Notes: a model not told the origin generated them from the letters alone. A stretch of 64,000 bases of DNA from the human T2T-CHM13v2.0 reference genome, Homo sapiens (GCF_009914755.1 NC_060936.1); one strand, 5' to 3'. Numbered from the stretch's first letter, positions 17,708 to 38,400 are shown. Program-made: numbers and translations.

Positions 17708-18496
17708 TATTGTGTTCTAAAACAAATGACATTTTACTACCAAGAACTGGACATGCATACATATATGTGTATACATCTAATGATATAGTTATATGAAAGA
17801 AAGGCATTAAAAATTAAGTTACTATTTAAGCAGAAAGTTTTACAATTATTAGACTATTATAATAAAGTTATTATGTTGTACATTTCAATAAAATCATTAA
17901 ATAACTCTAAACAACAACGAAATTGTTATTTAATGCAAAATTCAAAATATATTGTACAGAAAATAGTATAATGTATTAAGGGTTTCAAATTAAAAAATTA
18001 TAAAATATTTTTCTAATTAATTGTTTTTAACTCTTTTCTAATAAATAAACATTTGATTGTATCATTCTTTTCCTGATCCCCACCACATATCTAGAACTTG
18101 TGATCTTAACTTCTTCTTTCAGGCCAAATGGAGGGAAACAATCCAGGAAGAGGAGCACATAGGAGGCACCATAAGTGAAAGGGTGCAATTGTCTAGCTCA
18201 CACTTTTTAAAGCAAACAATACTGTCAAACAGGTTGAATCCATTTGCAGACTCTAACCAATTATTTGAGCAGTTCTTTCTCTCTAGCCCTAGACTAGGTA
18301 ATGGGTAGGGTATGGTTGTATAACCGGAAGCTGTGTAAGCAGAGGCAACCTTAGTGTAAGAAGAAAAAGTGGATCTTATTTGTTTAATAATTGCAAAACT
18401 CTTTCCCATATATTACTTCACTTGATCCTCCAACACGGATCCTACAACAATCTGTGAAGTAGTCTAGATACCATTAATCATAAAAACAGAATCATA

Positions 18497-18695
18497 GGCC
18501 ACGCGCTGTGGCACACACCTGTAATTCCAATACTTTGGGAGGCCGAGGAGGGCAGATCACCTGAGGTCAGGAGTTTGAGACCAGCCTGGCCAATATGGTG
18601 AAACCCCATCTCTACTAAAAATACAAAAATTAGCTGGGCATGGTGGTGGGTGCCTGTAATCCCAGCTACTCGGAAGGCTGAGGCAGGAGAATCGC
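18497..18695 (+). mobile_element. 3'-truncated AluS
   Basis: Left arm plus part of the right arm; stops at gagaatcgc with no tail. Confidence 0.88.
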
Positions 18696-21600
18696 AAGGG
18701 TTAATCGAGGGATTGGTAGAAGTGGAGAGGCGTGGGTCAAAGGATACAAAATTTTAGCTAGATAGGATAGGATTTTAGCTACAAATCTATTATAAAAAGT
18801 TAAATTTTATCAGAACTTATGCACAGGAACCCTTACAGACGCTACAGGCCACCATCCACAGTGCAGAAAAATGTAAACAAACATAAGGACACGGTATAAA
18901 ATCAAGCTGCCTGAAATTAACTGTAATACATACTGTACTACTGTAATAATTTTGTAGCCATCTCCTGTTGCTACTGTGCTGGGCTAAAGTGTTGTGTCAT
19001 GCCTAAAACATGTGTGACACTTATCTCTATGTGAGCGGTTCTTTCCTCTAGTAAATTATCACAATAAAAAATGGGCTCTCAGAGTTCTTGCATATTTTGT
19101 ATCATGTTTCGTGCAATACCATAAACCTTGAATAACACCACGGGACCCATACAAAGTTGAATTGCTTGATATGTACCATAGACTGAAGTCGGCTACTGTA
19201 GCTGCCTACCATTTCAAGATAATTGAATACAGCAAAAATACTACTGTAAGAAAATAAAAGGAAATTTATGAAATTTTTGTTGCAGACTCTGCCAACAGGT
19301 GTGAAAACCTTACACTTTTTGCAAACTACCTTTTTATCTTGTATTGAAAATGCAGCTTTTATGTAGGTTCGGGATTGCTATAAGACTTACCTATAGATAT
19401 GCACTTTAATATGATTTGAGAACAAGCAAATGACAACTTAAAGTAAAAGCTAAATGAAATATCTAAATCCAGAGTATTTAATACCAGCAAACTGTGGTTT
19501 GATAATTTTAAGTAGAGATTTGGCTTTAAAAAATGTCACGATAACAGGAGAAGCAGCTTCTACTGACCAAAAAGCAGCAGATGACTTCCAAGACATCACT
19601 GAAAAAATCATTGAGAAGAAATGACATCTGCCTGAACAGGTTTTTAATGCAGACAAAAGTACACTAGTTTGGGGAAAAAAATGCCACAAAGGAAATTTAT
19701 TAGTAAGGAAGAGAAATTAGCATTGAGAATTTAAGGTAGGAAGGGACAGGCTAACTGTACTGTTTTGAGCAAATGCAATTTATGATTAGGACTGCCCTTA
19801 TCTACAAAGGCGATAACTCCTGAGTTTTGAAGGGACAAGATCAACACCAGCTGCCAGTCTTTTTGCTGTACAACAAGAAGGCCTGGACAATGAGAACCCT
19901 TTTTCTGTATTGGTTTCATTGATGCTTTGTGCCTCAATTCAGGAAGTACCTTGCCAGTAAGGGCTGCCATACTGGCAGTTTTTTTGATATTGGATAATGA
20001 CCTTGACCACCCAAAACCCCACGAATTCAGTGCCAAAGGTGTCGAAGTGGTCTACTTGCCCCCATACACAAAATATCTCATTCAGCCTCTAGATCAGGAG
20101 GTGAGGTCATAGCACCTTTAAGGCTCATTACACATGGTACTCTATGGAAAAAATGGTCAACGCTGTGGAAGAGAACCTCTATATAGAGAGTATCATGGAT
20201 GTTTGGAAGAATTACACCCTTGAAGATGTCGTTATTGTTATAGAAAAAGCCATGAAAGTCGCCAAGCTTGAAGCAATAAATTTCTGCTAGAGAGAAGATG
20301 TTTTGCAAGACTTCACAAGATTTATGATAGAGCCAATCAAAGAAATCATGAAAGAGATTGTGGATGTGGCAGAAAAGGTTGGAATGTAAAGGACTTCAAG
20401 ATATGGATCTTGGAGAAATTCAAGAGATAATAAAAATCACACCAGAGTAATTAGTAGAAGCTGACTTGATGGAGATGAAAGTTTCCAAACCAGCGCCAGA
20501 CATTGAGGAAGAACACATAGAAGAAGCAGGGCAATGGGGAAAGCATTCCCTATTTAACAAATGGTGTGGGGAAAACTGGCAAGCCATATACAGAAAACTG
20601 AAACTGGACCTCTTCTTTACACCTTATACAAAAATTAACTCAAGGTGCATTAAAGACTTAAATATAAGACTTTAAACCATAAAAACCCTAGGAGAAAACC
20701 TGGACAGTACCATTCAAGACATAGGCATAGGCAAAGACTTCATGACTAAAACACCAAAAGCAATGGAAACAAAAGTCAAAATTGACAAATGAGATCTAAT
20801 TAAACTAAAGAGCTTCTGCACAGCAAAAGAAACTCTCATCAGAGTGAACAGGCCACCTACAGAATGGGAGAAAGATTTTGCAATCTATCCATCCGACAAA
20901 GGGCTAGTATCCAGAATCTACAAAGAATGTAAACAAATTTACAAGAAAAAAACAACCCCATCAAAAAGTGAGCAAAGGATATGAACAGACACTTCTCAAA
21001 AGAAGACATTTATGCAGCCAAGAAACATGAAAAAAAGCTCATTATCACTGGTCATTAGAGAAATGCAAATCAAAACCACAATGAGATACCATCTCATGCC
21101 AGTTAGAATGACGATCATTAAAAAGTCAGGAAACAACAGATGCTGGAGAGGATGTGGAGAAATAGGAACACTTTTACACTGTTGGTGGAAGTGTAAATTA
21201 GTTCAACTGTTGTGGAAGATGGTATGGCGATTCCTCAAGGATCTAGAACTAGAAATACAATTTGACCCAGCAATCCCATTACTGGGTATATACCCAAAGG
21301 ATTATAAATCATTCTACTCTAAAGACACATGCACTTGTATGTTTACTGTAGCACTGTTCACAATAGCAAAGACTTGCAACCAACCCAAATGCCCATCAAT
21401 GATAGACTGGATAAAGAAAATGTGGCGCATATACACCATGGAATACTATGTAGCCATAAAAAAAGGATGAGTTCATGTCCTTTGCAGGGACATGGATGAA
21501 GCTGGAAACCATCAATCTCAGCAAACTAACACAGGAACAGAAAACCAAACACCACATGTTCTCACTCACAAGTGGGAGTTGAACAATAAGAAAACATGGA

Positions 21601-21925
21601 CACAGGGAGGGGAACATCACACACTGAGGCCTGTCGGGGGGCGGGGGGCTAGGGGAGGGACAGCATTAGAAGAAATACCTGGATCGCTGGAGCCAAGATT
21701 TGCTGGAGCCAAATAGGAACAGCTCCGGTCTACAGCTCCCATCGTGAGCGACGCAGAAGACGGGTGATTTCTGCATTTCCATCTGAGGTACTGGGTTCAT
21801 CTCACTAGGGAGTGCCAGACAGTGGGCTCAGGACAGTGGGTGCAGCGCACCGTGTGCGAGCCGAAGCAGGGCGAGGCATTGCCTCACTCGGGAAGCGCAA
21901 GGGGTCAGGGAGTTCCCTTTCCTAG

Positions 21926-22141
21926 TCAAAGAAAGGTGTGACAGAGGCACCTGGAAAATCGGGTCACTCCCACCCCAATACTGCGCTTTTCCGACGAGCT
22001 TAAAAAACGGTGCACCAGGAGATTATATCCTGCACCTGGCTCGTAGGGTCTTACGACCATGGAGCCTTGCTGATTGCTAGCACGGCAGTCTGAGATCAAA
22101 CTGCAAGGCGGCAGCGAGGCTGGGGGAGGTGCGCCCGCCAT
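21926..22141 (-). CDS. L1 ORF0 (71 aa, intact): MAGAPPPASLPPCSLISDCRASNQQ...RFSRCLCHTFL
   Basis: ATG at 22141-22139, TGA at 21928-21926. Length and sequence match primate L1 ORF0. Confidence 0.8.
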   Translation of the reverse strand: MAGAPPPASLPPCSLISDCRASNQQGSMVVRPYEPGAGYNLLVHRFLSSSEKRSIGVGVTRFSRCLCHTFL

Positions 22142-22725
22142 TGCCCAGGCTTGCTTAGGTAAACAAAGCAGCCAGGAAGCTCCAACTGGGTGGAGCCCAC
22201 CACAGCTCAAGGAAGCCTGCCTGCCTCTGTAGGCTCCACCTCTGGGAGCAGGGCACAGACAAACAAAAAAGACAGCAGTAACCTCTGCAGACTTAAATGT
22301 CCCTGTCTGACAGCTTTGAAGAGAGCAGTGGTTCTCCCAGCATGCAGCTGGAGATCTGAGATTGGGCAGACTGCCTCCTCAAGTGGGTCCCTGACCCCTG
22401 ACCCCCGAGCAGCCTAACTGGGAGGCACCCCGCAGTTGGGGCAGACTGACACCTCACACGGCCGGGTACTCCTCTTAGACAAAACTTCCAGAGGAACGAT
22501 CAGACAGCAGCATTAGCGGTTCACGAAAATCCGCTGATCTGCAGCCACCAGTGCTGGTACCCAGGCAAACAGGGTCTGGAGTGGACCTCTAGCAAACTCC
22601 AACAGACCTGCAGCTGAGGGTCCTGTCTGTTAGAAGGAAAACTAACAAACAGAAAGGACATCCACACCAAAAACCCATCTGTACATCACCATCATCAAAG
22701 ACCAAAAGTAGATAAAACCATAAAG

Positions 22726-23740
22726 ATGGGGAAAAAACAGCAGAAAAACTGGAAACTCTAAAAAGCAGAGCACCTCTCCTCCTCCAAAGGAACGCAGCTC
22801 CTCACCAGCAATGGAACAAAGCTGGACGGAGAATGACTTTGACGAGTTGAGAGAAGAAGGATTCAGACGATCAAACCACTCTGAGCTACAGGAGGAAATT
22901 CAAACCAAAGGCAAAGAAGTTGAAAACTTTGAAAAAAATTTAGACGAATGTATAACTAGAATAACCAATACAGAGAAGTGCTTAAAGGAGCTGATGGAGC
23001 TGAAAGCCAAGGCTCGAGAACTACGTGAAAAATGCAGAAACCTCAGGAGCGGATGTGATCAACTGGAAGAAAGGGTATCCGTGATGGAAGATGAAATGAA
23101 TGAAATGAAGCAAGAAGGGAAGTTTAGAGAAAAAAGAATAAAAAGAAAGGAGCAAAGCCTCCAAGAAATATGGGACTATGTGAAAAGACCAAATCTATGT
23201 CTCATTGGTGTACCTGAAAGTGACAGAGAGAATGGAACCAAGTTGGAAAACACTCTGCAGGATATTATCCAGGAGAACTTCCCCAATCTAGCAAGGCAGG
23301 CCAACATTCAGGTTCAGGAAATACAGAGAACGCCACAAAGATATTCCTCGAGAAGAGCAACTCCAAGACACATAATTGTCAGATTCACCAAAGTTGAAAT
23401 GAAGGAAAAAATGTTAAGGGCAGCCAGAGAGAAAGATCGGGTTACCCACAAAGGGAAGCCCATCAGACTAACAGCGGATCTCTCGGCAGAAACTCTACAA
23501 GCCAGAAGAGAGTGGAGGCCAATATTCAACATTCTTAAAGAAAAGAATTTTCAACCCAGAATTTCATATCCAGCCAAACTGAGCTTCATAAGTGAAAGAG
23601 AAATAAAATACTCTACAGACAAGCAAATGCTGAGAGATTTTGTCACCACAAGGCCTGCCCTAAAAGACCTCCTGAAGGAAGCACTAAACCTGGAAAGGAA
23701 CAACCAGTACCAGCCACTGCAAAATCATGCCAAATTGTAA
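22726..23740 (+). pseudogene. L1 ORF1 with an early frameshift; 309-aa open frame from 22811
   Basis: ATG at 22726 is out of frame with the ORF1p-like frame 22811-23740 (apparent 2-nt loss in aaacagcagaaa). Confidence 0.88.
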
Positions 23741-23788
23741 AGTCCATCGAGGCTAGGAAGAAACTGCATCAACTAACGAGCAAAATAA

Positions 23789-27627
<3,839 letters not shown>

Positions 27628-28579
27628 ACAATGAGAACACATGGACACAGGAAGGGGAACATCACACTCTGGGGACTGTTGTGGGGTGGGGGGAGGGGGG
27701 AGGGATAGCTTTAGGAGATATACCTAATTCTAAATGACGAGTTAATGGGTGCAGCACACCAGCATGGCACATGTATACATATGTAACTAACCTGCACATT
27801 GTGCACATGTACCCCAAAACTTAAAGTATAATAATAATAAAATAAAATAAAATAAAAAAAGAAGAAATACCTAATGTAGGTGACGGGTTGATGGGTGCAG
27901 CAAACCACCATGGCACGTGTATACCTATGTAACAAACCTGCACATTCTGCACATGTATCCCAGAACTTTAATAATAATAAAAAAAGAAGACAAAGTAGTT
28001 CCAGAAAACAAATTGACATTAGATAATCTGACAGAGGGTTCTAATTATTCAAGACTGCTTTTGATTTTTTTCATGACTTGCACTCTTCTATGATACAGGC
28101 ACTGGAACTAAAGCAAAATGGTGGAAGAAGATTAGTCCTCTATAGAAACATTTTTAGAGAAATGAAAGTGCAAAAATGTCAGACAGAAATTTCTGTGTAT
28201 TTTCACAAAGTTACACCGTGTGCCTGCCTCTCCTGCCTCTCCTGCCTCCCCTTCCACCTCCTCCACCTCTTCCATCTCTGGCACCCCTGAGTCAGCCAGA
28301 CCAACTTCTCCTCTTCCTCCTCCTCCTCAGCCTACTTAACGTGAAGATAATGAGGATTAAGACCTTTTTGATAGCCCACTTCCACTCCATTAATAGTAAA
28401 TATACTTTCTCTTCCTTATGATTTTCTTAATTGCATTTTCTTTTTGCTAGCTTCAGTTATAAGAAGACAGTATATAATACATATACAAAATGTGCGTTAA
28501 TCTATTATTTATGTTATCAGTAAAGCTTCCAGAGTCAGCAGAAGGCTATTAGTTTTTTAGCCATTTTAGCTATTAGTTA

Positions 28580-28749
28580 TTTTTTGTTAATTGACAAATA
28601 AGTATTACATACAATTCACCCTTGAACAACACAGGGTCCAACACAAGGGTTAGGGGGACCAATCCTCCATGCATTCAAAACTGCATACACAGAGTGTGTT
28701 GTTCAAGGGTCAATTGTATGTAATTTTTATTTGTCAATTAACAAAAAAA
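28580..28749. repeat. ~53-bp inverted repeat with a ~63-bp spacer at the Tigger2 3' end
   Basis: 28580-28632 is the reverse complement of ~28696-28748 with about 3 mismatches. Confidence 0.9.
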
Positions 28750-30987
28750 AATTAGAAAAAAACTATACCATGCTTTACTGTACACTTAAAAATTTGTTGA
28801 GACTAGATCTCATGTTAAGTGTTCTTACCACAGTAAAATAAATTTTTCAGAAAGATTTTAGAAAACTTAGGAATAATTATTAGATTTTAATTTATTAAAG
28901 GATATTCTATATTTTCCAGCAGATACTGTATTTTCTCATATGCTACTTCCTCTACAAAGGAAGATGGGAACAATTTACATTTAAATGTTAAAACTTTGTT
29001 TTTAATGAAACTAGCATGAGGTATCCTCAAAAAGGGGAGTAGAATCTCTACAACAGATAGCATAATTATTATAGGGTATTTATTCAATCATAATAATTCA
29101 TAACACAAATAGAATAAAATGATAATATTGATGTAAAAAAATAAAGCAGGGAGAAACAAAAAAAGAGATAGACCCAGCAGAATGTGAATGGAATCATAAT
29201 GATTACCAGTTTATATGTACATAATATGTATTTGAGAAGAATGTGTAAACCACTGTCTCATATGATTGGCATTTCTATAAATTTAACAAATTTCTTAACT
29301 ATGATAATTATTTATTGTTGCTACAGTACCACATGCACATCTCTGTGCCACTTTGTTTTAAGATAAGTCTGTAATTCACAGTGAACTGGTTCTTGGGCAT
29401 CAATTTATGACAAATTCATTTTCATTTGTCAGATAGCTTTAGGATAACATTATTTTAATGCGTGTATGTATTGTTTCATCTCCAAGTCTTGTTGCCATTT
29501 TTAAGGGCTGTCAGCTGTATTACATAATTTGATATGGAAAATATTTTGGGTCAATCATTAGTCTTTTTTATGAGTCTTCTGTATGGACTTTTTTTTCTAT
29601 TTAAGGAAAGACATGTACATTCTGAAACTGGACATATATTATTAATCTACTACTACATATACTAATCTAATCTGATGACTACTGAGTATTTTAATAATAA
29701 CCATGTAACTTGGAACTTTTATCCTTCAGAATTATGAAAGTAAGCATATATTTTATAGTATTTAGGGTAGAGTGTGAAGAAGTATCTAGCATAGTAGTTG
29801 AGTTAAAATCAATCCATCTTTCTATGTGCCTATCTACATAGCTGCACTTTTATCTGTCTGTTAAAGTCTGTTCTTTATATACCATTGGAAACATTCGAGG
29901 GTCATTAAAATAGGACCCCATTTTCTTGTTCACTGAATAAGATTTACTTCATATTTATGGGCATTTTTCTTAAAACCTCTTGACAATAGTTAGGGATGCA
30001 AAGAAACATGGTAAATTATATCCTTGAAGTTCTTATTTTGTCGGTTATTTGCCAGATACTTTTAATTTTATCATTTGCCTTTAGAATACAGTTTTTTATT
30101 TACGTCCCAATGTTTCTTTACAGATTACTGAACTATGAAAAACAATATTTATATTTCAAGAAAAGTAACAGTCTTATTAATGAATGTAAATAGACATCTT
30201 TCTTGTGATTTATGTTATTAAGGCACAATAGTAAATATTTTATAAAATATTTGTAGGCTGTATTTGAGATAAATTCAGGGGAAAATATTTTATTTCAGAA
30301 TGCTCTGATGCTCTGCCTCTGAGATATAGAACAATGCAGTGGTGTGTTTAGGATAACTTATGCAATATTAAAGGCTATCTTTTCTGTGGAATTATTTTTG
30401 GTCAGTTCCTATAAACAATCTTTTTTCTTCCTTAAATTGCACAATTAACTAATATTAGCATGACATTTTAAACCTAGCAATTATGTTTTTCTAATGAGAT
30501 TTATGTGTAGATCAAAAATAGATGGCCTCTGATCTTCATGGCCATAGAGAAAATAAATATGTTTCTTGTGAACACCCTGGAATTTTCCCAGTTTTATGGA
30601 TCACATTAATTTAAAAATCTATCATAGATCTTAGTGTCTGAGAAATACACAGAAACTATACCCGTTATTACAAGAACAAAACAATTCAAACTCGGCCTTG
30701 TGAAACTAAAATAAATCTAAACTTGAGACTTTTATGTAGAGTGCAGACAAAAAGCATTGGCATTTCCAGGAATAAATCTAGATTTTATTCCCTCTAAAAA
30801 TTATACCATTTGGGAAAAACTGTTTGAGAAAGAAAAATATGAATGTTGTCTTACCTTTCAAATTTTATTAAGCTTATGACCATGTGAACACATCTCTAGG
30901 TCCTCCCAGGTCCTTGGAAGTGACCTATAAAAGTGCAGGGCTCTGGAGATTAAGCTGCATTTCATAGTAAACTCACAATCGCATATT

Positions 30988-31481
30988 CAGTAATCTCTCC
31001 TTATCTGTGGGAGATATGTTCTAAGACCCTCAGTGATGACCTGAAATCACAGATAATACTCAACACTATATGCCCTTAAAATAGGCACAAGAAGAGATTA
31101 ACAACAATTCATAAAAAAGAACAATAATATACTTTAGTAAAAGTTACGTGAATGTGGTTTCTTATTCTCAAAAGATCTTACTGTACTATACTTGCCTTTT
31201 TTCTTCTTGCAATCTGTTAACCTGATAACTAAGAGGGCTGCTAAGTAACTAATGGGCAGGTAATCTATACAGCGTGAATACACAGGGCAAAGGAAGGATT
31301 CACATCCCAAGCAGGTTGAAGCAGGACAACACGAGATTTTATCATGCTACTCAGAACAGTGCACAATTTAAAACTTATGAATTATTTATTTCTGGAATTT
31401 TCCATTTAATATTTTTGGACCTTTGTTGACCACAGGTAACTGAAACGCTGAAAGTGAAACCTTGGGTAAGGGGGACTACTG
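30988..31481 (+). mobile_element. MER44 (Tigger7-family) non-autonomous DNA transposon
   Basis: TIRs cagtaatctctccttatc and ggtaagggggactactg. Confidence 0.82.
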
Positions 31482-33237
31482 AAATAAAAAGACATGAAGC
31501 AAGGAGCAGATTGGTTAATCGTTTCATTGTTGTTAGTGAAATATATCGTAACATTGTGCATGGATTCTTCTGTTAAATATTAAACCACGTGTATTTTTTA
31601 AACAACTAGTCTTCAAATACTTTAAATATTTAAAAAATCACGTCTTGACAATATGATATTTAATTGAAGAAGTTACTGCAAAATGTACTTGTGTTTACAG
31701 GTAGAATATTTGAAAGCTTTTTGATCTTCACATCCTTGAGGATTCAGTGCAGCTTTACTCAATCAGGATCATGCCTAGGTACATGAAACTGTATTGTTAA
31801 ATACTTGGTTGATAAGATTTAGATTTCTTTTTTCATCTTCTGTTTTAGAAGCATTTATATTCTCTTAAAGTCTGATGGTTAGGTTTCTAACTTTTCCAGT
31901 ATTTGGATTGGTAAATGTACTACTTAAGTTACATAAATGCTTTATTATTGGTAATGGCACATATAAAATCTCAATGCATTTATATGACTCTCTAGTAATT
32001 TGTTATACAAAGAGTACAGAAAACAGTGATTTACCATAGACTATTGTTTACATCTGAATCTATTTGTTCAACTCTTTTATTACCATTGCCTTGTTTGGCT
32101 CATATAAATTTTATTTAATTTTTCTTTCTAACTAATCACAATGATACCAAATTGTAGTATATAGTTTTATTTGTAGCATAGATTGCTCTCTAAAAATATG
32201 TACCATGAGTACATGTGTAAATCAATGAACATCAACTTAAACAGTAGCTATTTCATGTGAACTACACACATTCTTGTCAAGAAACAGGAGTAAATGGCTG
32301 AGGCCCAGGCATAATTCCTTGGAAGTGACAATGCCAAAATGCCCAAGGAAGCTCTTGGCAGGGCTACTCATTTGTTTTCACATATTTATCTATTTGTTCC
32401 CTTGGTTTCAAGGCTTTAAACAGAAATTCAGAGCATTTTCATGGTATCTGGGCATCATTACAATATTTACTAAAAGAGAAGTCCTAAACATGGTCATTTT
32501 ATGGGAGAAATCAGTAGCACATGGTGTTTATGCAATGTTATATATGATTTTACTCATTATGCCAACTGTATTAAGGGGATTCCATCTTTCTTTGGGCCCT
32601 CATCAGGCTACCACGATATACAATGAGTGGTATACTTAAGCTCTGGCTGAATTGTTCTGTAATGTAATCTGACTCAAGGAGAACAAATGGAGAGGGTCTT
32701 TGTCATTCTACTGTGTCATGTGAATTTTCTCTGTTTCTGGAGTCTAAGTTGTTCTGTTTTTCACCTGCTATTTGAGAAATTTTTTACAATTTTCGTGTCA
32801 TAAGCCAGAATGCAATGGGATGAATATGGAGCCTTTCTTTGTATACACTCTCTTGAAACTCTTCATGAAAAGCTTTCTTATTGAATTGTTTCATTCTAGC
32901 TTGAATATCGAAATAGAATGTGTTACGATAAATTCATAAGTACGTTTCTATTATTATACTATTTATATAGTTATGACACATTGTGAATTGAATGAAAGGT
33001 CTTATAAAATTCTGAAAAGCTGTGCTGTTGCTTGTGTATTATTTATTTATATCTCTAAAATTATCCACTGACTGCAAATTGTCCGTAAGGGACATATTCA
33101 ATGTAAAACAATCATTCCCAGAACTAAAAAAGGTCTAAAAATTTCTTTTGAATTTTCTTTCTACTACAAATTTTTGCATAAGAACAGAAACAGTAACTTC
33201 TTTCTAAAACAACAATGGAATCTCAATATCAAAATTA

Positions 33238-33412
33238 GTCTGGTTAAGTACAGCATGACTGTAGGCCTAGCTGCTTGGGAGGCTGAGGTGGGAGGATCAC
33301 TTGAGGCTCAGAGTTTGAGGCTGCAGTGTACTATAATAGTGCCTAGGAACAGCCACTGTACTTGAAGCTGGTCAGCATAATGAGACCACATCTTTCTCAA
33401 AAAAAAAAAAAA
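33238..33412 (+). mobile_element. FAM-like fossil Alu monomer
   Basis: Single monomer keeping the 7SL-like gtgcctaggaacagccactg segment, with an A tail. Confidence 0.7.
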
Positions 33413-34895
33413 TCTGATGCTCAGTATCAATCATTTAAAAATAAATGAATGAATGATCATGGGACAGAAAAATGATAAATTCTGTATTCAATCTACATTT
33501 GAACTTATATTTTTGTTACATCTCTGCAAATTATTTTCATGGGTTTAAGTATTTTTAATTCATTTTATTTTTATTTGCAAAAACATTGCACATACATCTA
33601 ATTTTTAAAAATTTTCTGGGATCATAAGACTACATGGTTAAAATATTCTATTATACTTTTATAGCAGATTCAATCAAAATAAGATAATTACTGAATAAAA
33701 TGTAAACATTGACTAGAAATGTCCCTTTTAATGAAATCAATAGGCATCCTGTATATCTATAGATGAATAATTTTTAGTGCTAGTTAAGCAGATACAGGTT
33801 TTTGTCTCAATTATATTTCTTTCTTGGTTTTTCTTGGTTTTTAATTGAGGTACGTGCTGAGTAACTTGTTCACATAATAAAGTAGATGACAGTGGAAAGT
33901 ATTTTATTTTCAGTATTAGTCAATTATTTGAACTTGCCAAAAATCACATAATGATTTATTATCAAAAATTATTTGTAATGATCTGTGGACTGACAATTCA
34001 CTTGAATCTTCCCTCAATATTGTGAAGAGCAGAAAATTGGAAACCATCTGATTAACAAAAAGATTATTTCTAGTCAATAAACTTAGCATTTCTGAGAAGT
34101 GTCTCAAAAACATTTACCAAAACTTAAAAAATGAAAATAACTATACTGCCTTTTTATCATTTAGAGGCAAAAAATCAAAAAATTAAAATACAGGTATACT
34201 TCTACTTATTGCATTTCACTTTATTGCACTTTGCAAATACTGCATTAATTACAAATTGAAGGTTTGTGGCAACCCTGCCTTCAGAAACTCTGTTGGCACC
34301 ATTTTTCATGACAGCATGTGCTGACTTTGTGTCTTGTGTCACATTTTGGTAATTCTCACAGTATTTCAAACTCTTATTGTTATTATATCTGTTATGGTTA
34401 TCTTTGATGTTGCTATTATAATTGTTTTTGGGTGCCATGAACTGTGCCCATATAAGAGGGTAAGTTTAATGTTGTGTGCATTATCACTACTCCATAGACC
34501 AGCTGTTCTGCTATCTCTCCCCCTCTCCTAGGGCCTCTCTACTGTCTGAGATACAACAGTATTGAAATTAGGCCACTTAATAAACCTACAGTGGCTTCTA
34601 AGTGTTCAAGTGAAAGGAAGAGTTGCAAGTCTCTCATTTGAAATCAAAAGCTAGAAATGATTCACCTTAATGAGAAAGGTGCTGAAAGCACAGGCTGAAA
34701 GCTAGGTGTCTAGCACTAAGGTTAGCCAAGTTGTGAATGCAAAGGAAAAGTGAAGAAAGTTTTAGAAGTTTGGATACAAGATCAAACCACCCACAACATT
34801 CCCTAAGCCAGAGCCTAATCCAGAGCAGGGCCCTAACTGTCTTCAATTCTACTGAAGGTAAGGAATCTGCAGAAGAGAAGTTTGAAGCTAGTACA

Positions 34896-37812
<2,917 letters not shown>

Positions 37813-38400
37813 CATAAAAGTGAAAGGTGAAGCAAGAAATGCTGATTAGAAACTGCAGCAAGTTATCCTGAAGATCTAGCTAAGATCATTGATAAAGGTG
37901 ACTACACTGAACAACAGATTGTCAGTGTTGATGAAATAGCCTTCTATTGGAAGTAGATGCTATCTAGGACTTTCATTGGTAGATAGCAGAAGCCAATGCT
38001 TGTCTTCAAAGCTTCAAAGGACAAGCTGACTCTCTTGTTAGGGCCCAATGAAGCTGGTGACTTTAAGTTGAAGCAAAGCTCATTTACTATTCTGCAAAAT
38101 CTGTGGCCCTTAATAATTATGCCAAATCTGTTCTGCCTGTGTTTTATAAATGGAATAGCAAAGTCTGTATAATAGTACATTTGTTTACAGCGTAGTTTGC
38201 TGAATATTTTAAGCCCACTGTTGAGACCTGCTGCTAAGAAAAAAAGTTCCTTTCAAAATATTACTGCTTATTGACAATGCACCTGGGTCACCCAGGAGCT
38301 CTGATAGAGATGTACAAGGAGGTTAATATTGTTTTCATGCCTGCTAATACAACATTCATTCTGCAGCTCATGGATCAAGGAGTCATTTCAAGTTTCAATT

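Noticed and set aside
27707-27716. gctttaggag shared by L1 A, L1 B and the 48 kb fragment
   Set aside because: Probably a common L1PA3 lineage variant, so not counted as conversion evidence.
32274-32639. 121-aa intronic ORF
   Set aside because: Non-ATG start, no recognisable homology and no clear exon structure.
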